Source of the DNA: Podarcis liolepis
Taxonomy: Eukaryota
NCBI GenBank assembly: GCA_965112155.1
Contig: OZ218101.1
Length of the DNA stretch: 64,000 nt
Strand: one strand, 5' to 3'
Within the stretch, counting starts at the first letter, position 1. Each line of letters opens with the position of its first letter. Shown in pieces: positions 11,995 to 24,860 of this stretch. The notes beneath the pieces are model-generated. The model was not told the origin of the DNA, made no database searches, and was given only the letters and a program-made list of their open reading frames with translations. Both the position numbers and the translations under genes were made by a program.

Positions 11995-13570
11995 GTTCCA
12001 CTTACAATCTTTTGTACATATTTCTAGATTATTATGCACTGTTTGGTGACTGAAACAAAATACAGTGACTTACTATCTCTCTTGCTTTCTCCTATTTGTG
12101 TTATACCTGCATTACTTCTAATACCACACATGGTATAGTAGAAGTGTGCACACTTTAGGTGTACCATCCACACAATTTAGTCAGAACAAAATATGTATGT
12201 GTGCATATTTGTGCACACACAAACACACCTATTCGTCTATCAAGCTCCTTAATGTGTTTTTGGAAAAATGTAGGTCATTACCCCATAGTCTTGCAACTGT
12301 GAAAGTATGCCCAGGGGACTGATGGAAGACTGTAGAATCAGCAGCATGTGGTATAAAGCCACACCTAGGCTGGTGTTTTCTGACAAACAAGTGATGTGAA
12401 GGCATGCTTTCCACCCAGTCAAAGAAAGTCCAATATATAAAATAAGCTGCAACAGAGAAGACATTATTAACAGTGGCAGCTATTAAGTGCTTACTTTATT
12501 GGTGTAAACCAGGGATGGGGAGTGGGGAACCTGATCTGACTGCTAGGCCAGATCCTTCTCCCCTAGTCCTCATAGGCAAATTTGTCAAGAGGGCAAAAGC
12601 TGTCTAGCTTTCAATCACCTGATGTCACACTGAAAAAGTGATGATCCTTGGAACGTCAAAGGACCACAGAGGGCTTGCAATGAGCCCTGCATGGTGCTCT
12701 GAAGTGTTGCAGATCACCAGGCTTGAGGCCAGCTGATGGACAGAGACTTCAAGCCTGCTTTCTGCAGCAGTTGGCTACGCAACCCAGTTTCCCATGGGGT
12801 AACTGTTGCGCAGCTGGTCCATAAGCCTTGAAATCACCACCCATTCACAGGTGGATATGCTGTTAATCGGCTGGTCCCACTCTCTTTACCTGTCCCACAT
12901 CTGACGTCACCAGGTGTAGGACGGATGGATGTAACAGCCTGGCAAAACAGCCTTGCGCATCAAATGCTAGGCTTGATTAGGACTGCAGGCAGGAAGTTTC
13001 CCACTGCTGCCTTGTTAGCACTTAGCTAATAGTTGGCAGTATAAGTGACTTAATATTTAGACATAGTGCAAAATAGCCTCATTGAATCCAGCGCCTTGGG
13101 AGACGTTTTAAACTTAATCAGACACCAGAATAAACAGCAATAATATTTACTCATAGATACAAAGGGGAAGCAATTTGGATTCAGATAACAAGGTCTTTAA
13201 CGCTGTGGATTCAGATAACAGGTCTGTACAATATTTCTTAGGGGGAAACAGAATTTAAAAAATGCAGAAACAAGCACACGTGAGGATTGCAAGGAATGAA
13301 CATTACCTTGAGCCCTTCTCTTTTCAGTTTAGAGTACTGTGTGAGAATATTCTGGATGCTCCCTTACTTGTGAGAGGCCACAAAGTTTTAAAGAGGGTTA
13401 TGCTGGTCTTCGCTTTTATACCAGGACACTACCCCAACATCCATGCATTTGGAAACTAAGAAACAAAAGGGGGTTCACCAATAGTATGTGAGTAGGTAAA
13501 GCTTTCTTCTTCTTCCATGTTTCCATGCTAGAGAAGACTAACTTGTTGAACGTCTGTCAACAGTGTGTGG

Positions 13571-13864
13571 TGTAGTTTGGTGTAGTGGTTAAGAGCGGTA
13601 GTCACGTAATCTGGGGAACCGGGTTCGCGTCTCCGCTCCTCCACATGCAGCTGCTGGGTGACCTTGGGCCAGTCACACTTCTTTGAAGTCTCTCAGCCCC
13701 ACTCACCTCACAGAGTGTTTGTTGTGGGGGAGGAAGGGAAAGGAGATTGTTAGCCGCTTTGAGACTCCTGAAGGGGAGTGAAAGGCGGGATATCAAATCC
13801 AAACTCCTCCTCCTCCTCTTCTTCTTCTTCTTCTTCTTCTTCTTCTTCTTCTTCTTCTTCTTCT
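13571..13864 (+). mobile_element. Young MIR/Ther1-derived CORE SINE (Squam3-like) with (TCC)n(TTC)n tail
   Basis: A box TGGTGTAGTGGTTAAGAGC, B-box-like GGGTTCGCGTCTCC, CORE GGGTGACCTTGGGCCAGTCAC, 3' GTTAGCCGCTTTGAGACTCC...GGCGGGATATCAAATCCAAAC. CpGs are retained. Confidence 0.85.
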
Positions 13865-13865
13865 T
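13804..13865 (+). repeat. (TCC)n(TTC)n microsatellite (SINE tail)
   Basis: Seen directly; it produces the poly-K, poly-E and poly-S ORFs in the track. Confidence 0.95.
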
Positions 13866-14733
13866 GTACACAGCTGTTAAATGCAAGGGCGTCTTGCTCT
13901 TTTCCATTGCCAATCCTATATCCTGAAAAGAGCTCAGGAATTATCAGTTGTAAACTAATTAGACTTTCACTAATTGCTCTTAGGAAGCAATACAACATTC
14001 TGTACAAAACAAGGCAAAGTGTTTCAGAAGGTTGTGTGTGTTAAAAGAGATTTAATATTTACAGCAACCACGGTTCAGGTGCCCATGCTTGGATAAATTC
14101 AAGACTGAACTTTTAAACAGCAAGCCGTGCATTCTAAAAGCATTTCTTGTGGACATTTATTTATACTTCGTAATAATTATAGCAATGTTATCAGCACAGG
14201 TCAAGAAGTCACCCTTTGGGGATGGAGCAGCTTTAGCAAAAGAGGGAGATTTGAGTCTTTGACATGAATATATACCCTTTTAAGTGTTTATATCAGCAGC
14301 AACAACTCTCAATAATCTGCCTATTTCACATGGGTGAGGAAAAAATGAATCACCACTCCCCCCATGTTGCTCCTAATATCAGCTTAATAGCCTTCCCTGC
14401 ATTTTCCATTAGGAACCCTAAGATGCCAAGAGAATGGTTGAAGTCAGTGGGCATGACTATGTCCAACTGGTGTACTCTGAGTAGGATTTCAGAATAAGAC
14501 CCATATTGATGAGGATCTTCATTTGAATTTGCATTGTTAAAGGTGTGTTTACACACAGGGATGGGACATTCAATTAAATCTGAACTAGAAAGAGCATGAA
14601 ATCCTGTCTCTGTGGCTATCTTTTGTTTTGGGGTAGACATGCTACTTTTCCAGTCACAGCTACGCTAAAATCCTGGATTTCTCAATTTTCTCAAACGGAA
14701 CCAAGATCTTTCTTCTTCTTTGCTTTAATCTAG

Positions 14734-14896
14734 AGAAAAACATCCAGAGGCACACACCTACACACTGAGGAAGAGCTAAAAACAGCTTCAAAATGAATCA
14801 GGAAGTCCTCCGTTATCTGGGAAAGAGACTTCCTGAAGACTTTGTGAAGCCAGTTTTGCATTCTTCCTTGGGTGCCTGTATGACTAATATTTTTCT
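14734..14896. repeat. Imperfect ~160-bp inverted repeat, probably an old MITE
   Basis: Nested pairings AGGCAC/GTGCCT, AGGAAGA/TCTTCCT, GCTTCA/TGAAGC and TCAGGAAGTC/GACTTCCTGA. Confidence 0.65.
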
Positions 14897-17800
14897 ATCG
14901 CACTCGTCAATCACAGCTCTGACTTCACCCATTAGCTAAGAACATTGAAAGGTATAGACAAGCTCATTTCTCACCAAGCAATTGCTTACTGCCTGCATAT
15001 TTTGTTTTGACTCCTCATTTTGCTTCAGACCCCACTTTTTGAAAGAGCTGGATACAGACTTTTTAAAAAAAACAAAACAAAACAAATGAAAACCCAGAAT
15101 CCGGATGCTCTAAGACCAGCACAGCAGTAATCCCTGTTTCTGCTTCTTGGTAGGTTTGTTTCTGAATCAGTAAGTAAATCACAGATCCAAACCCTGCCAG
15201 TGCCCTCTTCCCCACTCTGAAAATGAGGACTTTCAGGTAAAGTGGAAGTGGCTTAGAAAGCCATCCGATATATGTGTTTGAAAATGGCTTATACAAACAC
15301 ACCAGTAAAAATGATTTCTGCCGGCATAATAGCCTAAGTTGTTGTAATGACTGAACTAGCCTGCATGCATACTCAGTGCAAATTTGTATCAGGGCACGTG
15401 AAGGGAAATATAACACTGGAAGTGTATCTAACAACCATTAGCTAATCCAAGTCTGTCTGTGTGCTCACGTAGCAGTGGTCTTAATTCTCTACATGCTGAT
15501 CCTTATTCAGGCACAATGTTACCACAAACAAACACAACAGGAAGATTTTCTGTTTGGAGGATCATTTGGGTGGGTGGGGGACAACCAATGATGAAAAGTC
15601 TTCCAAAACTGTTGCAAAGAATGAAAAACAGGGTGTTGGTGTGGCTGAAACCTTGAGCAGAAGCAGACATTTGCAACATTTTGTTACAGATCTGCTTGTA
15701 TATAAATATAAATTTTAAAAGAAACCAAACAGTGCTGCAAACTATTTATAAGGGCCACATCCTTCCAAATCAGGCTGATGTTTGCTTAGAACCCTCTGGG
15801 TAAGAGTAACTCTGTTTAATTCAGTGAACAATTATCAACATGACAAGCTACGGTACCGCTGGCATGACAGGCGGACACAGAAGGGGAAGGACTGGCACTA
15901 TTGGGATTTTCTCAGGTGTGAGTGGGAGCCCGGCAGGATCAGATACAGTTTGGGGGTCTTTCTTTTCAGCCTGCCATAGCAGAGCCACACAGAGCTGATA
16001 GCGTGGGGCTGCTATAAAAGAAACACATCGTCACCCTCCCATCCCTGCTTCTGCTGAGGACATCTCCAGACTGTTGGTATTTTGCAGGAGGCATTCAAGC
16101 ACGTACCAGGAAATGTAGGTTTGCATAATTAAAGTTGATTAAATTGCTCTGTCGCTGTGGTGCACCAGATCCACTTTTTCAAATTAAAAAAGGGACTATT
16201 TGCAGTTAGGTAGGTGCTGGGGAAATGCACTGAAAAGTGAAGGATGAATGACTGATTACTGGGAAGATCTGCAAACACCATGCAAGCAAATCCAGATGGA
16301 TGCTCATTGTTGTATAACCTCTTTGCAAACATCAGAACCAATGTTCAGTAACGACCTGATATAGACTAACCTGCACATATGCTTTGTGTAAGCAAATCAG
16401 GATGCTCAATAAATAGGACATCTGGAGGAGCCCTGAATTACTCTTAGTAATGGGACAGTCTTTTGTAACTGGCATACATTAATTGCACCCAGCCAGTTGC
16501 TAAACTGATTTCTCATCAGCGGGTAATGCACCAGGGTCTGCAGCTGCCCTGCTGTGCCTCATGCCCCTATGGAACCACAGGCAAACCAAACAGCTTTGCT
16601 CATTGGCCCAATCTTTTTTTACTCCCATGTATCACTCTATGTCAACTCCTCTTTTGTTACTCTTCCTGCTGCATTATTTAAGTGAATATATATCTTCATT
16701 ATTGCTTTCTATCAGCCTTTCCCTTCAAGGTGGGGTTGCAGGGATAGAATGTAAGGGACATCTATTCAAAATAATCCACTGTACATGTGGGCTTGAGCAT
16801 ACTGCAGTCATTAAAGAGAAGGCTGAACACCTTAGGGCACCCTGAAATAAGGTAGCTGATTTACTATTGTATTTTGCTCTGGGCAAGGATATTGCCAGAT
16901 ACTGTACAAGAAACAGAACTTCAGTTTCAAGCTTTCCAAGGAGAAAACACACTACATATTGCATGAAGAGGTACACTCTGAGCACCCCTGTTTCTGTCTT
17001 TCTAAACCCAATCCTTTAAACATTATGGAGAGGCTTAACACACACTTTGGAGTATCTGCAAGACTCTAGTGATAATTTAGGCAGCAACTAAGGTGGCATA
17101 GCTAGCACCCACCTGACATGGGTAGCTAGCTACACAATTAAGGAAGGTAAATGAATATTCCAACCTTGCTGCACAGTTATTAATTAAACAGGATTTCACC
17201 CCAGAGGTGGAGGCATTTGTGTAATTAATGTAACCATCTGTGTACGTGGAGGTAGTTTTGCAAAGCACTTAGAAACCCTCTGAGATACAAATGTGAGATG
17301 GTGATGAAGATGGTGATGGCAGCAGTGGAAGTTTTCTCTCTCTCTAAGTGTGGGTTTTGTCTCTGAATACAGTGTCAAATGCTACCCCACTTGCACAAGA
17401 AAAGACAGTGACATACTGGCAACCTTCACAATGTTTAGGCTGTACATATAAAGTCTTATTAATTATCTGTATAAGGAGTACATAAAGAATGTGGCCTTTC
17501 AGTTCCATTCATATCACCATGCTTGGAGTGAGGATGAGGGTAATGATACAAAGTGTGATGTCAGTTAGCGAGGTCTGCATACAGAAACACATGAAGGCTG
17601 GTGAGTATAATGTGGCATTTGTGTCACACAATATTGTGGAAACTAAGAACAAAAGGTAGACACAATTCCTCAGTCTTCAACTCGTCTTAGCACCCATCTC
17701 AAACACCCAACCTGCAACATGGGACCCACTTTTATTTTGCCACCTTGCCTGAAATCGAATGTGCAGAAAATAAATCTGGGGAACAGTCATTTCCCTTAGA

Positions 17801-18084
17801 ACATAGTACAGGCAGCACTTTTCTTTGTTAGATGCAGTAGTTTGTGGGATTTATGGCCAGCAGCTTCTCTTACTCTGAAGCAATACCAAAAGTATTTTTC
17901 CCCTTTTATTTTGCAATGCCTTGCCATTTTATTTATTTCATCAATTTACTTAGGTAAAAAGTGACTAATTTTCACTTTCACCCCAATTCCTGCCCCCTGC
18001 ATTTCTGCCACCCCATTGCCCAAGACAACTTGCAAGGTTCCCTGTGTGCAAAAGAGACTCCTCTAAACAAGGGCAGAGCATATT

Positions 18085-18272
18085 CCTCACTGGCAGATTC
18101 TGGTAGGCTTATATGCGTAGAAGCAGTATTGCCGTCCGGAGCCATTTAAGGCTTTATAGGTCAAATCCAGTACTTTGAATTTGGCCTGAGAACTAACTGG
18201 TAGCCAGTGTAGTCAGGCCAGGATCAGTGTAATATGCTCAAACCATCTTGCCCCAGTGAGTAACCTGGCTGC
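18085..18272 (-). mobile_element. L2 LINE ORF2 fragment
   Basis: Minus-strand translation AARLLTGARWFEHITLILA*LHWLPVSSQAKFKVLDLTYKALNGSG matches the L2 ORF2 motif HITP.L..LHWLP...I.FK.L...YKAL.G. Confidence 0.88.
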
Positions 18273-18819
18273 CAAATCTTCCCTGAGATGATACACATTG
18301 GTAAGAAGAGGTATGACAAGTCTGGAATTAGGAGGATTCAAAGCTATGAACATCATCTGCCTGTATTCCTCAACTTTGGTTTCCTGCTTCCTAAATGTTG
18401 GGACTGGACTTCTTATTCAATCCATATCTAAGAATTTATTAAAGTGCTGTGCCAGCACCCCAATAATCTTTGGGAATGGAGCTTGTCATAGTCGTATCTT
18501 TTGTCGCACTGTGCTGGCTTTTTCCAGTCAGTTTCCAGAGATGGGTAGCCAATGGAGAACTTCAACAGCATCCCGTAATAACATCCATACCAACAGTATT
18601 GTTACACATGGATGCTGGACATTCACGTTCAGTTTTGCTCACTTAAGGACATGACTGTTTATGGAACAGCTTTTTCTCCCCCTCCCTCTGCAGTCTATTC
18701 CATCCCCAAACCATCAGACCTACTTTGCAGGTCTTCCCAGAGCTGCCGACTGTCAGAACAACTTCAGCTGCAGCAGCGATGGGCCCCATGCCACCACCAG
18801 CATCCATGGCCTTCCAGCG

Positions 18820-19190
18820 GCTGACAAGGACTAATTAGGAAATGAAACATTAGTTAAGTCGCTCTCAATTAGGGCCGGGATAACGTTTTCCTGGCAGCGC
18901 TGGGGCGCTTTAACTGCTGGTCCCACGATGACGGTGAGCACATCAGACTTGCTGAAGGAGCTTTAATGTTTAACATATGTTGGAGGATTACAGAAAACCT
19001 TTCAGCTGTGACATTTTCTGTGTGCTCCCTGCTTTTTCTATCCCCTGCAGCAAACACTGAATGGTGAGAGCTACAGCAAAAGAAAGACGCTCAAAGCAAT
19101 TGCCAACGAGGAGAAAAAAAAACCCACCACACATTTTAATGCATGCTTGTGATGAACAGTCATCTCTCCTCCTTGCAAAAACCAAAACAA
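18820..19190. promoter_or_regulatory. Candidate conserved non-coding element
   Basis: Non-repetitive, retains CpGs, and has CTAATTAG, CAATTAG, TGACA and E-box (CAGCTG, CATATG) motifs. Confidence 0.4.
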
Positions 19191-20041
19191 CAAGTCTCTA
19201 ACCAAGACCAAGCTCTGATACGTTTCCTATTACCAAAGCATTAAAAAATGAGGAGGTCAAGAGAGAGGTGAGGTTTGAATTTCAACAAAAAACAGATGTA
19301 AAGGACCTCAGAGAACAGAAAGCAATAAGCAAAAACCGAATCCCCATGAATAACACATTTTTTTAAAAAGCTTGTTACCATAGAGGAAAATTTTATTTGG
19401 GGTGGGGTATAATAGAAAACTAAAATCTCTATGTTCAAACACACAGGCTTTTCATGCAGTGGAACAGCTTGTATGAGATGTGACAGCAGAAATTAAACAT
19501 AATTGGAAGTGAAGATTCAGATTCCAGGCTCCCTTGGAAAGATGCACCAATCATAGCTCAAGGGTAATATTGTTAAATATTTATTATTAGTAGTATTTTT
19601 TACATTTATAAGTCACTTTAGACAAAGGGGAAAGTCTCAAAGCGACCTGAAAAGACAAGGCAAGATAAAACATGAAGAGCACATGTTCTGCAGGCAGAGG
19701 GTCTCAAGTTCAATCACTATCATCTCCGGTAGGAAGGATCAAGTAGTAGTATGAAAGAGCTCCCTCTGCCTGAGACCCTACAAAGCTGGACAAATAGTCC
19801 AATGAAAAACAACTTAGCTATGGGGCTGGGGCACTGAAGATCACACCTGCATTCAAATGTAGCCCTCTCCTTAGATTTTGGCCCATTCCATAGATTGCAG
19901 GAAGGACTTGGCTTTGAAATGGCAACTGTAGAACAGGGGTTGGGAGTCTGTGCTTCCCTAGATTTTGTAGGACCACCCCAGCATAGTCAAGGATGATGGG
20001 AGTCCAGCAAGAGAGCTACAGCTTCCCCACCTCCACTATAG

Positions 20042-20199
20042 CAGAGGTGGATTTAGGGGAGCGCCACCTGTTCACCTACACTGGGCACCAAGAGGCAACA
20101 ATGACGAACAACAGAAAGTGAGAGGTGGGGGTGAGGAGTGCCAAATGTTGGTGTCGCACAAGGCACTGTTGAAATTCTAAAGCCCAAAATCTGCCACTG
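20042..20199. mobile_element. Old hAT-like MITE
   Basis: Imperfect TIRs CAGAGGTGGATTT / AAATCTGCCACTG. Confidence 0.5.
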
Positions 20200-20502
20200 G
20201 ATGTAGACTGGCTCTCATAAACTAACTATATGAGAAGATGGTAGAATAGTTTGGTTGTTGGGCTTGGCTTGGTCATGAAGTTCAAACTGGATGGGTTTAA
20301 CGTATCTCTCAGCCTAACACATCTCACAGGGTTGTTGTGAGAGTTTGCAAGAAGGACACACTGCAAAGTGTGCCTTGTGTAGTTTGACTATGAATAAGAG
20401 AAACTGAAGTCAGTTGGAGCTTTTCTACTAACAGCAAACCTAGATGTGATGTTAACTATGTCTCCAAGAAATTTACTTCTCTGGGTGGACATGCAAGGGA
20501 TT

Positions 20503-20572
20503 GTGCTATTACTGCATCTGATTGTGAAGGTGATTAGTGCTATTGTTGCATCTGATTGTGAAGGTGATTAGT
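20503..20572 (+). repeat. 34-bp tandem duplication (2 copies)
   Basis: GTGCTATT(AC/GT)TGCATCTGATTGTGAAGGTGATTA twice, with 2 mismatches. Confidence 0.95.
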
Positions 20573-21495
20573 ATCTGCTGTTTTTTATTCTTTTTCAAAA
20601 TTATGTTATGTTGATTTCATAGGCTGCTCTCTATCTCTTGAATTATGCAATATAAGAAACGTTCCATATTTCAACATTTTGTAAATGTCTCCAGAGTTCC
20701 CAACTCGATGCCTCCTCCCAAGACCTCTCCACATACAGGGAGACTAGATGCCTGGGAAATTCGTGCCTGCTGTCCCTAATCCAATTTCTGAGTATTCACC
20801 TACTTTTTCTGTACAGTGTTGTGTTTACAAGCTGTACGTGCATAGGCTTTGTATGCAGAATCTGTTCGCTGCAGCGTACAAATCATGCAGGCAGATCCTA
20901 TATGTGTTCAGCTTCTGCACAGACAATGAGATTAATTTCAGTGGTTTGGGTGGGGTCAACAGCTATGAGCTTTACACATACACCAGTGTTCATTCTCTCT
21001 GGTAAGTCAGTAGGGCTCCACTAGATTCTGACTGAAAGGGGGAAGATAGTTCCTCCCCTTTGTCCCTTTCCCGAGGTCCTGCTTCTAAAATCCCCCAAAA
21101 GGCCATTGATTTCATCAAGTGTTTTCTACACAAATGTCTTCAGAATTTTCCAAGTGAAACATCATTCATTGATATTGTTCTGGATTCCTTTAAGTTCAAT
21201 TGAAGCTTTTCATTAGATTGTGATGATCTCATAGGATTACAGAACTTGCTTCAGATGCAAAAGGTCAAAAATTCACAGCAGTGCCACAGCTTTACGAAGT
21301 TCATACACTATTGTTTCCAGAACAGGATCCTGATTTGACAATTATCTTTTCTTTTTCTGTAAATAAAATGTATGTCTACGTGACTACTTGGCTAACCATG
21401 AACTTTAATATTCCTAAACAGGCAAACCTTTCTTCAGAATCAATTGTAGAAGGCCCTGAGACAGGTTTGTGTGTGTAAATACTTAACAAAATTTA

Positions 21496-21628
21496 AGAAG
21501 CGGCTTAGTCATGCTGGCCACATGACCCAGAAGCTGGACGCCGGCTCCCTCAGCCAATAAAGTAAGATGAGCACCGCAACCCCAGAGTCGGTCACGACTG
21601 GACCTAATGGTCAGGGGTCCCTTTACCT
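21496..21628 (+). mobile_element. Sauria SINE, 5'-truncated
   Basis: AGAAGCGGCTTAGTCATGCTGGCCCACATGACCC...GATGAGCACCGCAACCCCAGAGTCGGTCACGACTGGACCTAATGGTCAGGGGTCCCTTTACCT; matches the 3' half of the 56470 copy. Confidence 0.9.
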
Positions 21629-21940
21629 AACTTAAATTTGCACCTTCTTACAATTTCTAGCAGATGATTATCCTACTGTAAATGCATTATCTGTTAGTGA
21701 CAGAAAAGTTAGCTGATAAAAAAATAAATTAATAGAGGAAAAGGGTTTTTTCACAACTTCCATTTCTCCCATGAATGAAACTTCATTGAGAATGACTGAA
21801 TGGCTCCCTTTACCTGCATTAGCAAATACACTTTTCTTTCAGTAAGCGTGAATACATTTCCATTGGCAAGAGACTCAAAAGTCACACAAGTTACTTTTAC
21901 TACTGAAAATTTCTAAATGATTCTGTAAAATTTTAATTTG

Positions 21941-22342
21941 GCTGCATTCACATGCATAATAAGCTTGGTTTATGAAACCATACAGTTTGTGAATTGTTTG
22001 ATAGTACAGCTACCCTGGATACTCCCACTTTTTCATTTTGCACGAGTGTGTAAACAAACCACAATGGGACTAGTTTAATGTTATGCCCAAATCTAGGATT
22101 GTGATTTATTTCTACCCCAACAAACCACAGCAAACTAATAGTGATTATCATTTTGGCAAAACAATCCACAATCCCAGGTTTGGATATAATGCATAGCTAG
22201 TCCCTTTGTGGTTGCTTACCCACTTGTACAAAGGAAGGAGTGAAGTGGCAGTGCTTGATTTGCATGGACTAGCACTCTGCTTGTGCACAGTATGGATCAA
22301 TAAACAAGGGTTTGTGACTTAGCATTATGTGCATACATGGCC
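21941..22342. mobile_element. Old TIR element (possibly PIF/Harbinger-like MITE)
   Basis: Imperfect inverted ends GGCTGCATTCACATGCATAATAAG / CTTAGCATTATGTGCATACATGGCC, with internal AAACCACA repeats. Confidence 0.4.
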
Positions 22343-22436
22343 ATCATCTACGGTTACCTATTTCTGCAAAGATCATCTGTTCCAGAGGTATAAGGAAAAG
22401 ACACATCCAGGCAATTATGTTTCACACCTTAAGGAG

Positions 22437-22870
22437 ACATCCCTCTCCATTTCCTCACTTGCTTTCGGATGCTTGAGGAATTCCATCAAATTCTGATATG
22501 AATTTATCTGATCCATGCTAATGGGCAAATCAGAATATCTCTGCCTATCAAATTTTGCATTTATCTGAATGTTATTATGCACCTCCTGCCTCTATATAGC
22601 AAGATGTCTTTTAAAATGAGTATTTTGACATTAAATGCATTTAGAAAACGTGTGTTTTGAAAGAAAAACATGTTTATAAATACATATTGAGAAAATGGAT
22701 TCAAAATTTCTTATTTAAATACATATTTAGATGTAAATTTTCATGCTGGTTTTTTTTATTAAAAAGTCAGCCGATTAATGTGGAAATGAGAGAAAAATGT
22801 AAGAGTGACACAGAATGGAAACAAACTGATCTTAATATACTGTTTAAAGGTTTAGGTGTAAGGGATGGTT
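22437..22870. mobile_element. Old DNA transposon, TAGGGATG-ended family (probable)
   Basis: AT-rich interior similar to the 946-1330 copy. Boundaries are uncertain. Confidence 0.4.
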
Positions 22871-24660
22871 AGAGAGGGATGTACAAGACTAGTTAGTTAC
22901 AACCTGTCATTGAAAAAGGAAGTGGAACATTGTGTTTTAATCTAATTATTCAACTTAAAACAAAATTTCTACACTACGTTGCCCTGAGCCACCCAAATAT
23001 AAAGCATAAATATATAACATGTCACCCAAAGGTTAACTATTTTTATTTCCCAAGATGACTAGATACCAATCCATCACTGGAGGCACTTTTAAACCACAGC
23101 CATTTATTCAAACAAATGAATTGGTTTTAGCTGAAGCATGGCTAATGGGAACTGTAAATTAGCTCGCTCAAGAATAGCCACAAAGCCTGCCAGATGGGAC
23201 ACTGAAAGAGAAATGAACATGTGTGTCATCATGTACGGAAATCACATCAGGAGATCGGCTGCAGTTGCAAAGAGAGGAAGCATGTCTATAATTGTCCAAA
23301 AGCACTTTATTCCTTTAATGCTGCTTCCATGATTTGAGCACACTTGAGGAGACAAAAGAGGGTGGGGAAAGCAGTTGAATTATTAATTCTGTGCAGACCC
23401 TGATAGTTTAGGAATATCGAGGACTTCAAAGAACTCATGGAAAGAAGGCAGCCAGACAACTTCATCAGGGTCCAGTAACACATGAAATATGAGCCCAGGA
23501 GTGAAGACTCCCTGGCATAGGTGGAAGATAGAGCAGTTTGAAGGAAAAACAGAAGGGAAGGCAGGGGTCTTAAGAGGTCACTAGTAAAAAGGCAGAAGGG
23601 GGAAAATTAGCAATGGTAATAACTTGCTACTCCTGAGGGGAAGAAGAGACTTCTGATACATTTCTGCATTCCATCTGTTACCTTTTACACATGAAAAGAA
23701 AACTATTTACAAATACATATAATGTCATCTTCACATCAAACAGTAGACAGGTAGCCTCATAGTGTAGTGATGGAATGAGGAGCTATCAGCACTGTTCTGC
23801 TTTATGGAAATGGGTGTTCTGTTTTAGATGTCAGGGGCTGCAATGGAACCTTCCACGTTGACAGGTGTCAGAAAGTGCATATCCCTTATGATCTAACCTA
23901 CCAGGCGATGCCAACACAGCATTGGCTTCCTTCCCTATGGAAGCAAAATTAAACTAAGATCCATATGTGACAGGGGTAGGGAAACTGTGGCTCTTCAGAT
24001 GCTGTTGGACTCCAGGTCCCATCAGCCTCAGCAAGCATGGGGCAAATGTTAGGGGTGATGGGAGGTATAGTCTTTGCTGCAAGACCTGCTCCCTGCTTGG
24101 CTGGCCTTTTCCTATCTGGCCTGGTACATTCTGGCTGCAAAACTTCTGCTTCTGCCAAAGGAACCAGAGACCACCCTTGCTTTGAGTCCTGCAAGACCTG
24201 CTGCTCAAGCTGTCTAGAGACCGTTGGGGTGGGGTATTGTTTGGGAGTTTTTGATGGGATCAAGATTTAATTTTGGAAATATTTAAATTTTGGTGTTACT
24301 GGTTTTTGTGTGTTTATACCTTTCTTTATAGACCTTATTATGTGAGGATTGTTTAGTTTCATTGCATACTTATTGTCATGTTTTTATTTACTGTTTATGA
24401 CTACTTAAATGTTATTTTTGTAATTCTGTAAATCTTTCGATATTGTAAGCTAACAAGCATGGTTTAACTTTGGAAAGGTGGCAGACAAATAAACAATGAT
24501 GAAGATAGTCCAGCAACATCTGGAGGACCTGAGTTTTTCTATATGACAAAAGTGACCAGGGCAATAATTGTCCGATCACAGATATCCCTTTACTGAGTGC
24601 TCCAGCTGGAATTTGCCATTCAGCATCATATGCTTTTGGATAAGACTGATGATCTATAAA

Positions 24661-24860
24661 CAATCTGCTTTGAAATCTGGTTCAGCACTGAAACCACTTT
24701 GGTTGCCCTGATGCTGGGATAAAGATAGGGAGAGTATGATCTTGTTAATCCTTCTAGCTCTCTTAGGTGCTTTTGACACCATTAAGCTTGGCATCTTTCT
24801 GGGTTGAGGATTGGGTGCTCCTATCATCATTGATCTCCTCTGCATGTTTTATTTTCTCAG
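24661..24860 (+). mobile_element. L2 reverse transcriptase fragment
   Basis: Frameshifted QS....STETTLVALM...DRESMILLILLALLGAFDTI resembles the L2 RT motif TETALV....L.LLDLSAAFDT. Confidence 0.75.

Noticed and set aside
13602-14044. ORFs with poly-K, poly-E and poly-S tracts
   Set aside because: They are translations of the (TTC)n SINE tail in different frames.
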